Assembly (NCBI GenBank): GCA_045646145.1 | Contig: JAZRKE010000010.1 | Span: forward strand, 18,847 to 82,846 | Source of the DNA: Acutalibacteraceae bacterium | GTDB taxonomy: Bacteria; Bacillota; Clostridia; Oscillospirales; Acutalibacteraceae | Direction of reading: 5' to 3' | DNA length: 64,000 nucleotides | Shown here: positions 48,661 to 57,086 of the stretch, in pieces | How the letters are laid out: each line of letters begins with the position of its first letter | How positions within the stretch are numbered: the stretch's first letter is position 1 | The notes under the pieces: model-generated | What the model was told of the DNA's origin: nothing | Databases searched by the model: none | Seen by the model: the letters and a program-made list of their open reading frames with translations, nothing else | Translations under genes and position numbers: made by a program

Positions 48661-49992
48661 TTATTTGCGGTATTTGGTTCTTCTGCCCTTGCTGTCGATG
48701 GTCTCCACGAAGTCTGCCGGAGGTTCATCCAGAATCGGAAGTGCGGAATGGTATGTAAACATTCCATCAAGGATGTGGGCAGTTCTCTTTTTCAGAGGTT
48801 CATTGTCGGTATTGATGTAGTATCTTCTGGTGGTGTCAATCTTCTTATGTCCCATCATGGTCATGAGCATTTGCAGATTGACATTGCTCGCAGCACAAGT
48901 GCTTGCATAGGTGTGACGGAGGTTGTGATACTTAAATTCGATGCCGAGTTCTGCCTTGATTTTCTTGCTCCAGTACTTGGTGGAATTGTTGGTCAGCAAT
49001 TCGCCATTGCTCTTGCGATTGATGAAATCGCCCCCGACAATCCATTCTCCACGGACTTCATCATATACTTGCTCGGTATTCCTGTAACCTTGTCCGAGTT
49101 TGCTTTGCTCTTTTCTCTGTTGCTCAAAGTAACCGTCCAGATAGTCCTGCAGGAAAGCAGGCATGATGACTTGGCGAATACTCGTTAAGGTCTTTACTGC
49201 ACAGAGTTTCCAGATGCCGTCCTCATAATGCAACTGTCTGTTGACGGTAATTGTACCCTCTTCCCAGTTGATGTTTTCCCATCTGAGGGCGAAACATTCG
49301 GAGATACGGAGACCGCAATACAGACCGAGGTAAAAGGCGGTCAGCAAATTTCCATCCTCGCTTTTGAAAATCTTTTCCATTGCAAGGAGGTGTTCATCAT
49401 CGTAGACCTCTGCACCCTCTTCAGATTCTTCAAAATCTGCCTGTGTCATTTTGGGCATTGTCAACCGTTTTCCCTTAGTGACAAACATACGGAGATAACG
49501 GTCGGGGTTAATGACTTCCATACGGTCTGCATGACCGAACAGCAGATAGAAGAATTTCAAAAATCCCTCGGTGTACTTGTAGGAGTATTCCTTGTATAAG
49601 TCACTGAGAAATGTCTGCAATTCGATGATGGTAATGGAATCAATTTCTCTGTCACCGAATTTCGGTCCTACATGGTTTTTCCACATGGAGTTCTGCTTGG
49701 TAATGGTTGCAACTGCTCTGTCCTGTCCTTCGGTGGAGAGATAGTTGTCATAAACGTCCTGCAAGGTCGTTTTATGCCGTTTAGGGGCATTTTCCGTTGG
49801 ATTGGCACGGATGCTTGTCTCATGTGCCTTTTTCGCCTCGTAGGCGGCTCTGGCGGTCAGAAAAGCATTGCCGTTATCATCTTTCTTTCGCTCGGTGTTG
49901 ACCACTCTACCATCGGGCAATTTCATCTTGATACGGTATTTCCAACCACCCTCTGGCAGTTGAGAAACGCCTGGATATTTGTTTTTTGCCAT
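48661..49992 (-). CDS. int: tyrosine-type site-specific recombinase/integrase
   Basis: MAKNKYPGVSQLPEGGWKYRIKM... (Arm-binding-like N-terminus). C-terminal HNLRHTYAS...GHKKIDTTRRYY catalytic signature. GGGAGG RBS before ATG 49992. Terminator hairpin at 48635-48657. Confidence 0.92.
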   Translation of the reverse strand: MAKNKYPGVSQLPEGGWKYRIKMKLPDGRVVNTERKKDDNGNAFLTARAAYEAKKAHETSIRANPTENAPKRHKTTLQDVYDNYLSTEGQDRAVATITKQNSMWKNHVGPKFGDREIDSITIIELQTFLSDLYKEYSYKYTEGFLKFFYLLFGHADRMEVINPDRYLRMFVTKGKRLTMPKMTQADFEESEEGAEVYDDEHLLAMEKIFKSEDGNLLTAFYLGLYCGLRISECFALRWENINWEEGTITVNRQLHYEDGIWKLCAVKTLTSIRQVIMPAFLQDYLDGYFEQQRKEQSKLGQGYRNTEQVYDEVRGEWIVGGDFINRKSNGELLTNNSTKYWSKKIKAELGIEFKYHNLRHTYASTCAASNVNLQMLMTMMGHKKIDTTRRYYINTDNEPLKKRTAHILDGMFTYHSALPILDEPPADFVETIDSKGRRTKYRK

Positions 49993-50121
49993 CTGTACAT
50001 CCTCCCATTTGTTGTTCCCTCGCATATATGATAGCAAAATGTTAGGGCTATAGCAAGTGCGAATTTGTGAACAAACGGCAAAAAATGCTTGAAATTCAAG
50101 GGTTTTCAGCCATAGTCTCAA

Positions 50122-50245
50122 GATGAGGCTCGCCACGGCAAAGCTTTCGAAGGTTTACTTAACAGATACTTCAAATAAGCAGAAACCGCATAAAATAAGG
50201 GTTTTCAGGACATTCACCGTTTTGGTGGATGTCCTTTCCTTTTTC
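50122..50245 (+). repeat. att-like repeat copy 2 (displaced surrogate rbr 3' end + downstream terminator; attR of the IME)
   Basis: Encodes [18 protein letters not shown] with 15 synonymous differences from copy 1. 50126-50199 is identical to 52271-52344. Confidence 0.8.
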
Positions 50246-50489
50246 TGCATATCTTTTTTATTGTGCTTTACTTTTCAAACTATGTGTGGTAAAATAACTA
50301 CATACCACACTACATTTGAATAATCGATAAGTGTTTATATCCAATTAGGGAGAATACTACCTTGGTAAAAGGTGTTCTCTCTTTCTCCCTTTGCGGATAT
50401 TTATCGGTGTAGTGTGGTAACGAAACCGAGGGAAACACTTTTTCGGCACATCCTTCGGGGTGTGCTTTTTTAATTAAGGGGTAAAATCT

Positions 50490-50708
50490 ATGAGAAAAAA
50501 GCAGATATTTGATGTAACCGGCACACCATTAACACCATCAAGACAAGGTCGCAAATGTCTGGGGAATGGTGAGCATCCAGAATATGAAATTTGTTGTGAT
50601 GAATGCGATTATTATTTGTATTGTTTTCCACAGTATAATTGGCAGTCAAAGATAAATAGATTAAAAAAGAGATTTTATAAGTTATTAGAGAGAATTCTTA
50701 TGCGATAA
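50490..50708 (+). CDS. hypothetical small Cys-rich protein
   Basis: 72 aa, ...RKCLGNGEHPEYEICCDECDYYLYCFP... AAGGGG RBS. Confidence 0.5.
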   Translation: MRKKQIFDVTGTPLTPSRQGRKCLGNGEHPEYEICCDECDYYLYCFPQYNWQSKINRLKKRFYKLLERILMR

Positions 50709-50812
50709 TTTATTTATAACATTTTTATATGTGCAACAAACCGACTTTCAGCGTTATTGGTTGTGTAATTTTTGAAAATGTCTTTTGAACATTTTTCAAT
50801 ATGAGCCACATC

Positions 50813-50866
50813 ACGGGAAAGCTTTTGAGGGTCTGCTCAACAGATATTTTAAATAATCAACAACTA
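50813..50866 (+). repeat. att-like repeat copy 3 (degenerate rbr 3' end)
   Basis: Translates to [17 protein letters not shown]. The core has diverged (tattttaaataatca). Confidence 0.65.
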
Positions 50867-51059
50867 ATGGCCCCCTTGTGCAAAGGGGGCTGTCATTTTT
50901 TTAAATAACTGGGGGATTGTTCAGATTATTATTTACAATCCCTCCGTCAAAATCCACGATTTTGCCACCTCCCTTTACACAAGGGAGGCTTTTTTATTGC
51001 AAAACGCGCAAAAATATGCTATCATAACGGTAGCACATCTTTTGTTTTGAGGTGATAGA

Positions 51060-51656
51060 ATGAAAAAATATTACTGCCCTTACTGCGGCGAACTAACTTT
51101 TTCAAGTTATCAAAAATATACGAGTAATCACTGTGGTGTTGGTGAGTCTGCAAGGAAAGCAATGTTTTTCACCTGTCGCAACTGTCTTAATGAAATCGAA
51201 CGAAAAAGCACACCGCAAGGAAAGAAAATTTTAAATTATATTATACCGATTTATTTGATTTTGGCATTGGCATTTTTGGTTTTCGTTGTTGTTGAAATCT
51301 ATACATTGATGTTTATAATGTTAGCTTTTATTATTTTATTTTCTTTTATTTTAACCTTCGTTTTAGGGAAAACCTGTATTCTTTCACGAATTGATGGTAA
51401 TTACAACGATACATTATTTCCAATAGAAATTGATTCTAAAGAAATAAGTGTTGGTGGTGTATATTTATTAAAACCCACAGGCAGTGAATTAAATAAAGTA
51501 TCTGTTTGTAGGGAATATATTGCTGAGATAACAAAGGATAATTTAAATCAATATTTTGTTAGAGTAATCAAACCTGTTGACTGCACATTTGAACCTCTGG
51601 AATTTTCAATTTATGATGATAAGAAATGTATTGGAACAGGCACCCTTTTGGTGTGA
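51060..51656 (+). CDS. hypothetical membrane protein with N-terminal zinc ribbon
   Basis: YYCPYCGE...CRNCLNE, two TM helices and a C-terminal ~90-aa domain. GAGGTGA RBS. Confidence 0.6.
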   Translation: MKKYYCPYCGELTFSSYQKYTSNHCGVGESARKAMFFTCRNCLNEIERKSTPQGKKILNYIIPIYLILALAFLVFVVVEIYTLMFIMLAFIILFSFILTFVLGKTCILSRIDGNYNDTLFPIEIDSKEISVGGVYLLKPTGSELNKVSVCREYIAEITKDNLNQYFVRVIKPVDCTFEPLEFSIYDDKKCIGTGTLLV

Positions 51657-51758
51657 TAAAACGGTATCTTAAAACAGTAACGCATCTTTTTGTAAGATTT
51701 ACGATTTTTTGTTTACATATATAACAGCGTTGAAAATTTTTTGTTTTGGGGTGATTTA

Positions 51759-52193
51759 ATGAAGAAAGCAAAAAAGTATATTTATCCTTTTATTATTTCA
51801 ATAGTATTTTTCATATTTCTTTTTATTTCAGTGGCTATTATAAACAACTTTTATGGTCACCGCGAGGGATATGGCGGACTTGGTATTGCCCTATTGCTTA
51901 TAATACTATGGATATTAGTAGCGATACCTGTTTATTGTTTTAAATATATTAAACTTATTTATGAAGAAAAGCGGAAGTCCTTATTCATCATTTACAATTC
52001 ACTTGTGGTTTCCCTTTGTTATACAGGACCTTTTTTCAAGCCTGCCGTATCTAGTAGTGATGTTGACATAATCATTAAGATTACTCTCGCCCTTTTCGGT
52101 TGGGTGGCAATTTGCACATATATTTCATATCTTATACGAATAAATACTACTAAAGAATTGTCTGAAAACAATTTAAACGAAACTCAAAGATAG
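51759..52193 (+). CDS. hypothetical polytopic membrane protein (paralog of 53069 gene)
   Basis: 144 aa from MKKAKKYIYPF. Shares INNF...GYGGLG(I/L)A.L.I.LW.L..IP.YC..Y..LI......F.IYN.LV....YT.PFF with the 53069 product. Confidence 0.6.
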   Translation: MKKAKKYIYPFIISIVFFIFLFISVAIINNFYGHREGYGGLGIALLLIILWILVAIPVYCFKYIKLIYEEKRKSLFIIYNSLVVSLCYTGPFFKPAVSSSDVDIIIKITLALFGWVAICTYISYLIRINTTKELSENNLNETQR

Positions 52194-52266
52194 TGTGACA
52201 AAAGTGTGATTTTAAAAACACATGCCATAAACCCTCGATTTCAAGCAGTTTTTGAGCATTTTTCAA

Positions 52267-52390
52267 GATAAGGCTCGCCACGGCAAAGCTTTCGAAGGTT
52301 TACTTAACAGATACTTCAAATAAGCAGAAACCGCATAAAATAAGAATTTTCGGGACATTTACCGCTTTGGTGGGTGTCCTTTGTTTTTTC
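52267..52390 (+). repeat. att-like repeat copy 4 (rbr 3' end remnant + terminator)
   Basis: Encodes [18 protein letters not shown]. Has the identical 15-nt core at 52312-52326, followed by the hairpin gggacatttacc..ggtgggtgtcct. Confidence 0.8.
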
Positions 52391-52492
52391 CAGAACATTA
52401 ACAAAACGGCTTGAACAAAAAAGAGGGTTATGCTATACTGTACACATAATATAGTGATTTTAGCAAATCCAGACTCTAAGGGGGAACCTTAA

Positions 52493-53059
52493 TTGAAAAA
52501 GTTATTAGCAATCATATTCGTATTGGTCCTTGTACTCGGCTTAGTGGGCTGTGTAGACACTTCAAAAGATAACTCTGGCAAAACCGATGAAACTGCCGCC
52601 GCAACCCCCAATACTACAACATCACAAACACAAAATACACCCGAGATAATAAATCCCACTGACGTGGAAATTCCTGACTCGTACGATGAACAATGGGCTC
52701 TCCTATACAAAGTGTTTGTTCCTATTGCAGGCGAAAAGGTTGAACGCGATTGGAAGACCGTTGACGCATTCATCAATACCGCTGGGTATAAGTGTATAGT
52801 AGATGAAGGAATCTTTAGTATTAGCGACCCATATCGCGAAGGAAGTTACATCAGCGGTATGCTAACTACTAAAAATGGTTATATAGAAATTTGCGATATA
52901 TATTACAACATTCAAATAGCAGGAAAGAATTATAAATCCGGTGTTGATTGGTATAAGAATACTCGATATTTAATCGAAGTAAACGAATTTTCCCAAACTT
53001 CCACCGAGGTAGCCTCTTTATCGAAGGTTGTAGAGTACATTAGAGGCACTGAAAAATAA
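52493..53059 (+). CDS. hypothetical lipoprotein
   Basis: TTG start after AAGGGGGA. MKKLLAIIFVLVLVLGLVGC lipobox. Confidence 0.6.
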   Translation: MKKLLAIIFVLVLVLGLVGCVDTSKDNSGKTDETAAATPNTTTSQTQNTPEIINPTDVEIPDSYDEQWALLYKVFVPIAGEKVERDWKTVDAFINTAGYKCIVDEGIFSISDPYREGSYISGMLTTKNGYIEICDIYYNIQIAGKNYKSGVDWYKNTRYLIEVNEFSQTSTEVASLSKVVEYIRGTEK

Positions 53060-53068
53060 TGTGATTTT

Positions 53069-53535
53069 ATGAAAAATTTTTTTACATTTAGCAGCCCTAT
53101 TTTATTTTCCGCGTTTTCTTATTTGGCATATATTATTATGGTTTTCATTATAAACAATTTTGTGGAATTTAAAGATTACGGGGGCCTTGGACTTGCGTTT
53201 TTAATTATATTTCTGTGGGTATTGATTATTATCCCGATTTATTGTTATTTATATTATAGGCTTATAAGAAACAATCGGTTAAAGTTTATATTCGCTATTT
53301 ATAATCCCTTAGTTATAGCATCTTCTTATACATTGCCTTTTTTCTACAAGGTGAGTATTTTATTATCATTTTCCAGATTGCTATGGCTCTTTTAGTTTGG
53401 TGGTTGATTTGGTGTCTTTTACCATTATTTATAAAACCAAAACAAAATAATGAGGATATCATAAAACAAGAACCTGCCGATTTTTTGTTGCAAAGCAAGA
53501 AGAAAAATATAATTGCAATTTGTTTTACGTGCTAA
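53069..53535 (+). pseudogene. frameshifted paralog of the 51759 membrane-protein gene
   Basis: Frame 0 stops at 53395. The -1/+2 frame, open from 53305 to 53535, continues the paralog alignment (IIIFQIAMALLVWWLIWC vs IIIKITLALFGWVAIC). A T6 run at 53338-53343 lies at the switch point. Confidence 0.55.
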
Positions 53536-53810
53536 AAACTCTATTCCTTGCAGCTATGTTTACGGGAACACTTTTTAATTTCAAATATATAAAGTTACTT
53601 AAATGCGGGGCGCTAGGCCTTGCCGTACTGTCGGTCGGTTTGCTTATATTTGAACTGATAAATGTCGGTGGGACTGTGTATCATCAAATCGATTCAAACG
53701 GGACACTTGCTATAAACACCTCCATGGTTATACATTTTTTCTTGCGAGCATTGTATTTTGTTGGAATTTCTATTCTGGCATCAAACAAAAGAAGTTCCGA
53801 ATCAGTTTGA
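53520..53810 (+). CDS. hypothetical small membrane protein (start uncertain)
   Basis: Hydrophobic 96-aa ORF. No convincing RBS at TTG 53520 or ATG 53556. Confidence 0.35.
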   Translation: MFYVLKTLFLAAMFTGTLFNFKYIKLLKCGALGLAVLSVGLLIFELINVGGTVYHQIDSNGTLAINTSMVIHFFLRALYFVGISILASNKRSSESV

Positions 53811-53894
53811 TAAAACCCCGATTTCACTGACTAATTATAAAGAGGTGCATAACAGCACCTGTTTTTTGCTATAATTATGTAGGGAGGAATAATT

Positions 53895-54176
53895 ATGAAG
53901 AAAATTTTAGCAATCATTTTATCGGCTATTTTTATTTTTGGGCTTTGCGCCTGTGCTAACCGACCGGCACTCAGTGCCGATGATGCTCTCAATATAGCCT
54001 TAAATCAGGCAGGGGTTACAAGAGATAGCATTCGTAACCTTGAAAACCGGCTTGAGTGGGATGACGGCATTCAGGTTTACGAAATTGATTTTGATTCGGG
54101 CGCTACCGAATATTCCTTTGATGTAAACGCTCAGACAGGCGCCATAGTTGAGCGCGACCGAGGTATAATAGATTAA
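53895..54176 (+). CDS. PepSY domain lipoprotein
   Basis: MKKILAIILSAIFIFGLCAC lipobox. PepSY-like ...SADDALNIALNQAGV......E.D.GIQVYEIDF.....EYSFDVNAQTGAIV. GGGAGG RBS. Confidence 0.8.
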   Translation: MKKILAIILSAIFIFGLCACANRPALSADDALNIALNQAGVTRDSIRNLENRLEWDDGIQVYEIDFDSGATEYSFDVNAQTGAIVERDRGIID

Positions 54177-54238
54177 TTCTCACTAAAAATCTTTTTTTAA
54201 CGGAGACACTTTATAAAAAAGTTGCCTCCGTTTTTTCT

Positions 54239-55294
54239 TTACTTTATAAATTTTGCTAATGCATCGCCTATCTTCTCGGCCATTCGGTAAAAACCTAAAT
54301 CATTAGGGTGAGTGCCGTCAACGGTGCAGTGGTTCATAAAATCTCCTGAACAAAGTTCCGGAGTCTCTACAAGTGCAACATTTTTATCCCCCTGTGATAG
54401 CGCGTAATTATATGTATCTCTTTTCACCTGGGCTCTGCCGCCGCCATTATCATTGGGATTAAAGGTTGGGTAACCTACTAAAATAATCGGAATATCGGTG
54501 TGTGCCGCGCGAACGGTTTTATAACCCTCAATATAACGTTCCTTAACCTCTTCATAAGAAGAGTTCCAATCATAATCATACACAAATGCGCTCATATCGA
54601 GTGTGCTTATATAATCGAACATAGCCTGTTCGCCCCTAGCGTTACCCGAAAAACCGAGGTTAATAAAATCGGCATCAAAGCGCTCGCTAATATAGCCTTG
54701 ATAGCAGTTGCTGGGGCGCGACGCGCATCCGCCTTGGGTTATGGATGAACCGTAATAAACTATCGGCTTCTTTATTTTATATTCTCCGCCGTGCTCAAGT
54801 TTTGCATCTTTGCTGATACCGATATATACATTTTTTACATCATTGTAAAGCGGCATTGTAAAAATATAATCGGTCATTCTGCCCATAGCATTAACCTTAC
54901 GAACATAGCCCTTATTGTCGTCCATATTAGGCATCATTAGGCCATGAAAAATAAATTTACCGTCTTCATAACGGTGAATATCAAAGCCAGCTATTCCTGC
55001 CTCTGGCATATGTGACATTAATGTTAAATTATCGTATTCCACCTTAAGTGCAATATAGCGTGAATCGGTTTTAAAACGTATTCTGCCGCCTGCGGTAAAT
55101 AGGTAATTATGGGCAACACCTTTGCTTACACTTTCCGCCACCTCTTTTGGCATACGTCGGAAAAGTCCGTCCTCTTTCGGCCTATAAAGTCCGTAAATCT
55201 CGAACGGCTCCTCCATTACGGAATACCATTTAATATCAGGTTCATCTATATCCGTCTTTATCTCGAAATTTTTATCAATTTTTGCGATATCCAT
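54239..55294 (-). CDS. SGNH/GDSL hydrolase family protein
   Basis: Block I YYGSSITQGG and block V DGTHPNDLG, with an N-terminal beta-sandwich-like extension. Confidence 0.8.
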   Translation of the reverse strand: MDIAKIDKNFEIKTDIDEPDIKWYSVMEEPFEIYGLYRPKEDGLFRRMPKEVAESVSKGVAHNYLFTAGGRIRFKTDSRYIALKVEYDNLTLMSHMPEAGIAGFDIHRYEDGKFIFHGLMMPNMDDNKGYVRKVNAMGRMTDYIFTMPLYNDVKNVYIGISKDAKLEHGGEYKIKKPIVYYGSSITQGGCASRPSNCYQGYISERFDADFINLGFSGNARGEQAMFDYISTLDMSAFVYDYDWNSSYEEVKERYIEGYKTVRAAHTDIPIILVGYPTFNPNDNGGGRAQVKRDTYNYALSQGDKNVALVETPELCSGDFMNHCTVDGTHPNDLGFYRMAEKIGDALAKFIK

Positions 55295-55407
55295 ATATAT
55301 CACCCTCTCAAAAGAATTATACCACCCTATTGTTTGAAAAGCAATAAAAAAGCCCCCGCACCAATATTTCAGTACGGGGAATAAAAATTAAAAGAGAGGT
55401 AACTCTT

Positions 55408-56826
55408 TTATTTTTTCAGTTTATTCTGGTTTGCGCTGTCCGACACCCATTTGCCAAGAGCAAACAAAGCAATAACGTTGGGGATTACCATTAAGTTATT
55501 GAACATATCGGTAAGCTCCCAAACCAAATCGTTAGAAAGGAGTGAACCAACAAAGATAAATGCAACGGCAATTACAGAATATACAATATTGAACTTTTTA
55601 CCGAAGAGGTAAACTGCATTAATTCTACCGAAGAGGTTCCAACCGATAATAGTTGAGAAAGCAAAGAATAAAAGACAGATAGCAACAAAGATATTACCGA
55701 TGTTTGCATTACCAAAGGCAGTACCGAAAGCAACCTGAGCAAGATTTGTTTTAGTAAGACCTGCCGCAGCGGCTGCTTGCTCTAAGTGCATACCCTCAGC
55801 AAAGCTTGCGGGGTTGAGCGCGCCCTCACCTGTAAAGAGAGAAGAAATAACAACGAGCGCTGTAAAGGTAAGAACAATAAAGGTATCGATAAATACACCA
55901 ATCATAGCGGCAACACCCTGGTCATGAGGCTTAGCTACATTTGCCTGAGCGTGAGCATGGGGTGTTGAACCCATACCGGCTTCATTTGAAAACAGACCGC
56001 GCTTTGCACCCTGAGTAACAGCAAGGTAAATAGCCGCACCGATGCTACCACCGATAATGGCGTTTGCATTAAAGGCATATTTGAAAATCATAGCAAAAGT
56101 ATCGGGAATATATCTCCAGTTTATAGTGAGAACAATAATACCGCCGATAATATAAAGACCTGCCATAAAGGGTACCATTTTTTCAGTTACAGCGCCTATA
56201 CGCTGAACACCGCCGATAAAGATAAATGCAGAAAGCGCTGCGATTATAAGACCTGTAATCCAGGTAGGGATACCAAAAGCGTTATTACAGGATTCTGCAA
56301 TAGAGTTAGACTGTACCATAGAGCCCATAAAGCCGAGAGCAAGCATTGCGGCAACGGCAAAGAAAAAGGCTAAAAATTTACCAAACTTGCCTTTAAATAC
56401 GGCGCGTATGTAATAAACAGGACCACCCTTAACGGTACCATCCTCCGCTACCTCACGGGTTTTCTGAGCAAGAACAGCCTCGCCGTAGATTGTAGCCATA
56501 CCTAAAAATGCGATAATCCACATCCAGAAAATAGCACCGGGGCCACCGATAAGAATAGCACCGCAGGCACCAACGATATTACCTGTACCTACCTGCGCCG
56601 CAATAGCGGTAGCTAAAGCCTGGAAGGATGAAAGTCCGCTTTCCTGCTTGCCGCCTTTAAGTGAGAATTTTCCGAAAACTTGCTTCATACCTTCTCCGAA
56701 GCAGCGCACCTGAACAAAACGTGTACGGATAGTGTAGTAAAGACCTACACCCACAAGCAGAATAATCAGAATGTAGTTTGATAAATAGCTGTTGATGTCC
56801 TGAACGATTTTCAGTAAAAAATCCAT
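55408..56826 (-). CDS. alanine/glycine:cation symporter (AGCS) family transporter
   Basis: MDFLLKIVQDINSYLSNYILIILLVGVGLYYTIRTRFVQVR and GSTPHAHAQA motifs typical of AGCS. AGGAGG RBS before ATG 56826. Confidence 0.9.
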   Translation of the reverse strand: MDFLLKIVQDINSYLSNYILIILLVGVGLYYTIRTRFVQVRCFGEGMKQVFGKFSLKGGKQESGLSSFQALATAIAAQVGTGNIVGACGAILIGGPGAIFWMWIIAFLGMATIYGEAVLAQKTREVAEDGTVKGGPVYYIRAVFKGKFGKFLAFFFAVAAMLALGFMGSMVQSNSIAESCNNAFGIPTWITGLIIAALSAFIFIGGVQRIGAVTEKMVPFMAGLYIIGGIIVLTINWRYIPDTFAMIFKYAFNANAIIGGSIGAAIYLAVTQGAKRGLFSNEAGMGSTPHAHAQANVAKPHDQGVAAMIGVFIDTFIVLTFTALVVISSLFTGEGALNPASFAEGMHLEQAAAAAGLTKTNLAQVAFGTAFGNANIGNIFVAICLLFFAFSTIIGWNLFGRINAVYLFGKKFNIVYSVIAVAFIFVGSLLSNDLVWELTDMFNNLMVIPNVIALFALGKWVSDSANQNKLKK

Positions 56827-56844
56827 AAAACTTTTCCTCCTAAA

Positions 56845-57079
56845 AAAATTTAAAAAGAGCCTCTGTTTTTTCACAGAAGCTCTGAAATTAAAAGACATTA
56901 CACAATTTATAAAAATTGTACGCTCTGTCCTTTTGCCTGAGAGATTCGGTTTTTACCTTGCACCTTCGGCACCCGCTATATCGGGATTCTCCAGAGTATT
57001 CTCCACACTCGGTCGTTACCTTCCGAGAGCTTCTGCGAAAACAATATCTGTATTATACACCTATTTTTACATTTGTCAA
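56845..57079 (-). promoter_or_regulatory. glycine riboswitch (single aptamer) with promoter and expression-platform terminator
   Basis: On the minus strand: TTGACA (57074-57079) and TATAAT (57052-57057). Aptamer CUCUGGAGAAUCCCG...CGGGUGCCGAAGGUGCAAG...AAUCUCUCAGGCAAAAGGACAGAGCG at 56921-56996. Terminator agagcttctg..cagaggctct + U-run at 56845-56883. Confidence 0.88.
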
Positions 57080-57086
57080 CACTTTT

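Larger units (their letters stand above)
41563..50181. mobile_element. integrative mobilizable element (tyrosine integrase + MobV relaxase + RepL) inserted in the rbr 3' end
   Basis: Bounded by direct copies of the rbr 3' end/core. The integrase lies next to the right copy. Cargo is unrelated to the flanking redox genes. Confidence 0.75.

Noticed and set aside
48559-49188. 209-aa plus-strand ORF, and ORFs at 49228-49599 and 49672-50031.
   Set aside because: They are antisense to the tyrosine integrase, which has the full R..HxxR..Y signature on the minus strand.
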